This document shows, piece after piece, positions 60,436-64,000 of a stretch of DNA of 64,000 bases. The stretch comes from Patescibacteria group bacterium (lineage in GTDB: Bacteria; Patescibacteriota; Minisyncoccia; Phycocordibacterales; JACOZG01): assembly GCA_038064435.1 (NCBI GenBank), contig JBBTTC010000004.1, positions 3,615 to 67,614 of the forward strand, read 5' to 3'. The translations under genes and the position numbers were made by a program. The notes beneath the pieces are model-generated. The model made no database searches and had not been told where the DNA came from. It worked only from the letters and a program-made list of their open reading frames with translations. Numbering within the stretch: position 1 is the first letter of the stretch; every line of letters begins with the position of its first letter.

Positions 60436-60698
60436 AAATCAATTTTCTGGCCGGCAGGCAAATAAACTAAAGCCTTTTTGAAACCCGGACGCCGGCCCCA
60501 ATGGCCGCGCACTCGACGACGCTTAGAGGGGGCGTTGATGATATTGATTCGGAGCGGCGTTACCGAGTAGGTCTTTTTGACTGTTTTGGCAACATCCGCT
60601 TTGGTGGCCCGCAGACTAACAACAAAAGTATAAACGCCACGCGCCGTTAGCCCGGAAGATTTTTCAGTTTGTCGGGATTTAATAATTAACTCAGTCAT
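60432..60698 (-). CDS. rplW: 50S ribosomal protein L23
   Basis: 88 aa, L23-like. Confidence 0.85.
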   Translation of the reverse strand: MTELIIKSRQTEKSSGLTARGVYTFVVSLRATKADVAKTVKKTYSVTPLRINIINAPSKRRRVRGHWGRRPGFKKALVYLPAGQKIDL

Positions 60699-61432
60699 GA
60701 TAAACGCTTGGTTAAAACCTCCAAACTAGCCAACGGTTCAGTTACCACTAAATATTTATAAGTTATGAGATCACTCGGATTAACCTGACGTGTTTCCTGC
60801 ATGAGAACAGAAGAAAAATTACGAAAACTCTGACGAGTGGCCGTTGCCACCGTGGGCATGGCGATCAGCGCCCGCTTACCGGCCTGATAGTTAATTTTGT
60901 TAAACCCGGTAATCTTGGACCACGCCGACAAATAACCACGGGCCACCTTGGTTTTGGGGGCGGCCAAAGTTAAGTGATCAACAAACAATACTTCCCCATC
61001 GCGCCACTTTTGCGCCAAAAGAGTGCGCACAGCTTCAATCGTCATTTTTTTATTAACCGTCCGAGCATAGTTGCGCTCCTTGGTTGGACCATGAGTCGCG
61101 CCACCACCACGCCAAATGGGCGAACGAATCGAGCCATGACGTGCCCGACCAGTGCCCTTTTGCCGCCACGGCTTTTTGCCCCCGCCAGCCACCTCACCTC
61201 GACCCTTGGTGTGGGCCGTGCCGCGGCGGTGAGAAGTTTTTTCAGCCATAATCACCTGATGTACTAGGTCGGGCTTCCACGGGGCAGAAAAAATCTCCGC
61301 CGGCAGTTTAATCTGCCCAGACTCTTGGCCCTCTTGATTGTAGACTTTAGCTTCCATATTTAATCTCCAGCTTACCGCCACGGCGACCAGGTACAGCGCC
61401 ACGGAGCAAAAGCTCGCCACGCACCGGATCAA
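60695..61432 (-). CDS. rplD: 50S ribosomal protein L4
   Basis: L4 similarity; probable start at the internal Met near 61357. Confidence 0.85.
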   Translation of the reverse strand: MIRCVASFCSVALYLVAVAVSWRLNMEAKVYNQEGQESGQIKLPAEIFSAPWKPDLVHQVIMAEKTSHRRGTAHTKGRGEVAGGGKKPWRQKGTGRARHGSIRSPIWRGGGATHGPTKERNYARTVNKKMTIEAVRTLLAQKWRDGEVLFVDHLTLAAPKTKVARGYLSAWSKITGFNKINYQAGKRALIAMPTVATATRQSFRNFSSVLMQETRQVNPSDLITYKYLVVTEPLASLEVLTKRLS

Positions 61433-61772
61433 CCACCAACACCGTCAAATTGCGCACCGTCACTCGCTGGCCGCCCATGCGGCCGGCCATGCGCATACCT
61501 TTCGGCACGCGAGTGCGTAAACCGCCGCCGATACTACCCGGCTCGCGCTCGGAATGCTTTTGCCCGTGGGTACGCGGACCACCAGCAAAGCCGTGCCGCT
61601 TAACCACGCCCTGAAAACCCTTGCCCTTGGAAATGCCGCGGACGGCCACCGCATCGCCCGGCGCAAACATATCGGCGGCCACTTCGCCACCCACAATCGT
61701 CGCCGTCTCGGCCCGGCCGTCGGTACTAAAGACTCGGGTCATACCCTTTTTTATACCCACAAAGTGCTTCAT
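61347..61772 (-). CDS. rplC: 50S ribosomal protein L3 (shortened form)
   Basis: KKGMTRVF N-terminus and SKGKGFQGVVKRHGF core; only 141 aa. Confidence 0.85.
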   Translation of the reverse strand: MKHFVGIKKGMTRVFSTDGRAETATIVGGEVAADMFAPGDAVAVRGISKGKGFQGVVKRHGFAGGPRTHGQKHSEREPGSIGGGLRTRVPKGMRMAGRMGGQRVTVRNLTVLVVDPVRGELLLRGAVPGRRGGKLEIKYGS

Positions 61773-61773
61773 G

Positions 61774-62121
61774 TTACATCATCTTGACATCAATATTAAC
61801 TGCCGACGGCAAATTAATATTGGTCAATTGCTCAATGATTTTGGCCGAGGGATTGAGAATGTCGATCATGCGTTTGTGTACGCGCATCTCAAACTGCTCC
61901 CGAGCATTCTTGTGCACAAACGAACTACGATTAACTGTGTACTTTTTGATCTCGGTAGGTAGAGGCACCGGACCGCGAATTTGGGCATCGTAACGATTAG
62001 CCGTATCAACAATTTGTTTGATACTAGCGTCGAGAATCTTGTGCTCGTAAGCCGAGACCCGAATACGAATTTTCTGTAAATCGGTCAGGTCTTTGGTCGG
62101 TTTGGCAACCTTCTTGGCCAT
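61774..62121 (-). CDS. rpsJ: 30S ribosomal protein S10
   Basis: IRIRVSAYEHKILD. Confidence 0.95.
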   Translation of the reverse strand: MAKKVAKPTKDLTDLQKIRIRVSAYEHKILDASIKQIVDTANRYDAQIRGPVPLPTEIKKYTVNRSSFVHKNAREQFEMRVHKRMIDILNPSAKIIEQLTNINLPSAVNIDVKMM

Positions 62122-62147
62122 GGTCTCGGTTAATTAAAAACTTCTTA

Positions 62148-63341
62148 TTAAGCAATAATCTTGGTCACCACACCAGCACCAACCGTCTTGCCACCTTCAC
62201 GAATAGCAAAGCGTTGCTTTTCTTCCAGCGCCACTGGCGCCAGCAGTTTAACGGTGAAAGTGATAGTGTCCCCCGGCATCACCATTTTCACATTCTCCGG
62301 TAGGGTCACCTCGCCAGTTACGTCCGTAGTACGGATATAAAACTGCGGCTTGTAGCCGGTGAAAAATGGAGTGTGGCGACCACCTTCCTCTTTCTTCAAA
62401 ATGTAAACCTCGGCAGTGAAGTCGGTGTGCGGCGTCACCGATCCGATCTTGGCCAGCACTTGGCCACGAGTAATGTCTTCCTTCTTGGTGCCACGCAAAA
62501 GAATACCGGCATTGTCACCAGCAATACCCTCATCCAACTGCTTGTTAAACATCTCAATACCGGTCACCGTGGTTTTGCTAGTAGGATGGATACCCACAAT
62601 TTCCACCTCTTCGCCCACCTTAACCTTGCCGCGCTCGACGCGGCCAGTTACCACGGTCCCTCGCCCTTCGATCGAGAAAATGTCTTCGACGGGCATCAAG
62701 AACGGCTTATCAATCTCGCGCACCGGGTCAGGAATATAAGTGTCAAGAGCGTCAGTCAAAGCCAAAACTTTCTTGGCCCATTCATCATCGGCCGTTTTAG
62801 CTTCCAGCGCCTTAAGGCCAGAGCCACGGATCACCGGGGCATTATCACCATCGTACTCGTATTTGCTAAGCAATTCTCGCACTTCGGTTTCCACCAAATC
62901 AATTAGTTCCGGGTCGTCGACCATATCTACTTTGTTGAGAAAAACCACAATCTTGGGTACGCCCACCTGCCGAGCCAAAAGAATGTGTTCGCGCGTTTGT
63001 GGCATCACGCCGTCGGTAGCCGCCACCACGATAATGGCTCCGTCCATCTGCGCGGCGCCGGTGATCATGTTTTTGATGTAATCAGCGTGACCCGGGGCGT
63101 CAATGTGAGCATAGTGCCGCTTGTCAGTCTCATACTCATTGTGCGACAGAGCAATGGTAATGCCGCGCTCGCGCTCTTCGGGCGCGTTATCAATTTCATT
63201 TACCCCCTTGAGCTTAACCTTCTTGCCCGACAAATTAAGCACATTTAAAATAGCGGCGGTCAGGGTAGTTTTGCCATGGTCAACGTGGCCAATGGTGCCA
63301 ACGTTGACGTGTGGTTTGGAACGATCAAATTTCTCTGCCAT
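62148..63341 (-). CDS. tuf: elongation factor Tu
   Basis: [25 protein letters not shown]-binding motifs; 397 aa. Confidence 0.98.
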   Translation of the reverse strand: MAEKFDRSKPHVNVGTIGHVDHGKTTLTAAILNVLNLSGKKVKLKGVNEIDNAPEERERGITIALSHNEYETDKRHYAHIDAPGHADYIKNMITGAAQMDGAIIVVAATDGVMPQTREHILLARQVGVPKIVVFLNKVDMVDDPELIDLVETEVRELLSKYEYDGDNAPVIRGSGLKALEAKTADDEWAKKVLALTDALDTYIPDPVREIDKPFLMPVEDIFSIEGRGTVVTGRVERGKVKVGEEVEIVGIHPTSKTTVTGIEMFNKQLDEGIAGDNAGILLRGTKKEDITRGQVLAKIGSVTPHTDFTAEVYILKKEEGGRHTPFFTGYKPQFYIRTTDVTGEVTLPENVKMVMPGDTITFTVKLLAPVALEEKQRFAIREGGKTVGAGVVTKIIA

Positions 63342-63515
63342 ATTTATTTGAACTAATTTCCTTGACTAATAATTTTTTGACAATAAAAACGACGCCAAAT
63401 GCGTATGGCTAATGCTAACAGAGACCAATAACAGAGTCAAACTGCTGTAATGACTTGCTAAATCGCCACGGCCAGATAAGATAAGAAGTAGATTTACAGT
63501 ACCTTTTACTTGGGA

Positions 63516-64000
63516 GGACGAAGAATGAATATCGGTATTATTGGTTACGGCGTGGTGGGTGGAACCACTGGCCAAGTCTTTGAGCGTGTACATGAAGTCT
63601 GGCCGTATGACAAATACAAAGAACCCTACTGCGCTCGCGAACACCTGCTAACTCTAGCGCGTCAAGCTGAAGTAGTTTTTATCTGTGTGGACACACCGAT
63701 GAAGAGATCGGGGCAGATTGATTGTTCGTCAATCCGCAATTCACTGGATGATCTGGAAGAAGCCTTGCGCGAAATCGGCCGTGACCCAAGCGAAGTGCTG
63801 GTAGTTATTCGCTCAACGGCCGTTTCCGGCACAGCAGAAGGTTTGGCCGAGGACTACCCCTTTCGCATTGCCGTCAATCCCGAATTTTTGACGGAACGTA
63901 ATGCTCTAGCCGACATGCAAAACACCAAGTACGTGGTGATCGGTACAAACGAACCACAGAGTGCCGACACTCTACGTCGCATCTATTTGGCTGTTTTTCC
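63516..64000 (+). CDS. UDP-glucose/GDP-mannose 6-dehydrogenase family protein (N-terminal part, runs off the window)
   Basis: By-eye translation MNIGIIGYGVVGGTTG (Rossmann GxGxxG) ... NPEFLTERNA; RBS GGGAGG upstream; not in the ORF track because there is no in-window stop. Confidence 0.65.

Noticed and set aside
63366-63644. 92-aa minus-strand ORF between tuf and the window end
   Set aside because: The opposite strand carries a convincing RBS-preceded nucleotide-sugar dehydrogenase N-terminus (GIIGYGVVGG), so the minus ORF is spurious.

Overview
The window is about 56-58% GC with sharply AT-rich islands. Gene content looks like a Candidate Phyla Radiation (Patescibacteria) genome: the ribosomal S10-spc cluster lacks L30 between S5 and L15, L29 is absent between L16 and S17, and L3 is shortened. 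The main blocks are: (1) a RelB/RelE toxin-antitoxin pair next to tRNA-Asp; (2) two adjacent CAT-anticodon tRNAs, then gatCA and ligA; (3) a complete minus-strand type IV pilus locus (pilM/N/O, small membrane protein, pilB, CheY-like regulator, pilT, pilC, major pilin, pilD, 4-5 minor pilins) interrupted between pilin and pilD by a REP-associated tyrosine transposase flanked by 27-nt palindromic REP hairpins, with comFC divergent next to it; (4) tRNA-Ser followed by a low-GC island of hypothetical genes; (5) a roughly 7-kb minus-strand metal/thiol cluster (CopB-type P-type ATPase, Met/His-rich SHOCT protein, CcdA, DUF1573, Cys-rich exported proteins); (6) recG, ftsH and smpB-tmRNA; (7) a small GIY-YIG nuclease ORF wedged against a tRNA-Ile(UAU), inside a recurring element built from a GC-rich 16-nt palindrome and inverted or partial copies of tRNA/tmRNA ends, seen at four loci; (8) an AT-rich Panacea-domain antitoxin with a downstream unknown toxin candidate; (9) lepB, a CsgG-like lipoprotein behind a consensus sigma70 promoter and a terminator-containing leader, a Nudix hydrolase, infC-rpmI-rplT; (10) the S10-spc-secY-adk-map-ndk ribosomal cluster, with a 2.2-kb insertion between rplE and rpsZ carrying an AT-rich antisense unknown gene and a peptidoglycan-binding/dockerin-repeat protein; (11) tuf and a divergent partial nucleotide-sugar dehydrogenase. 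No CRISPR array or rRNA genes were seen.
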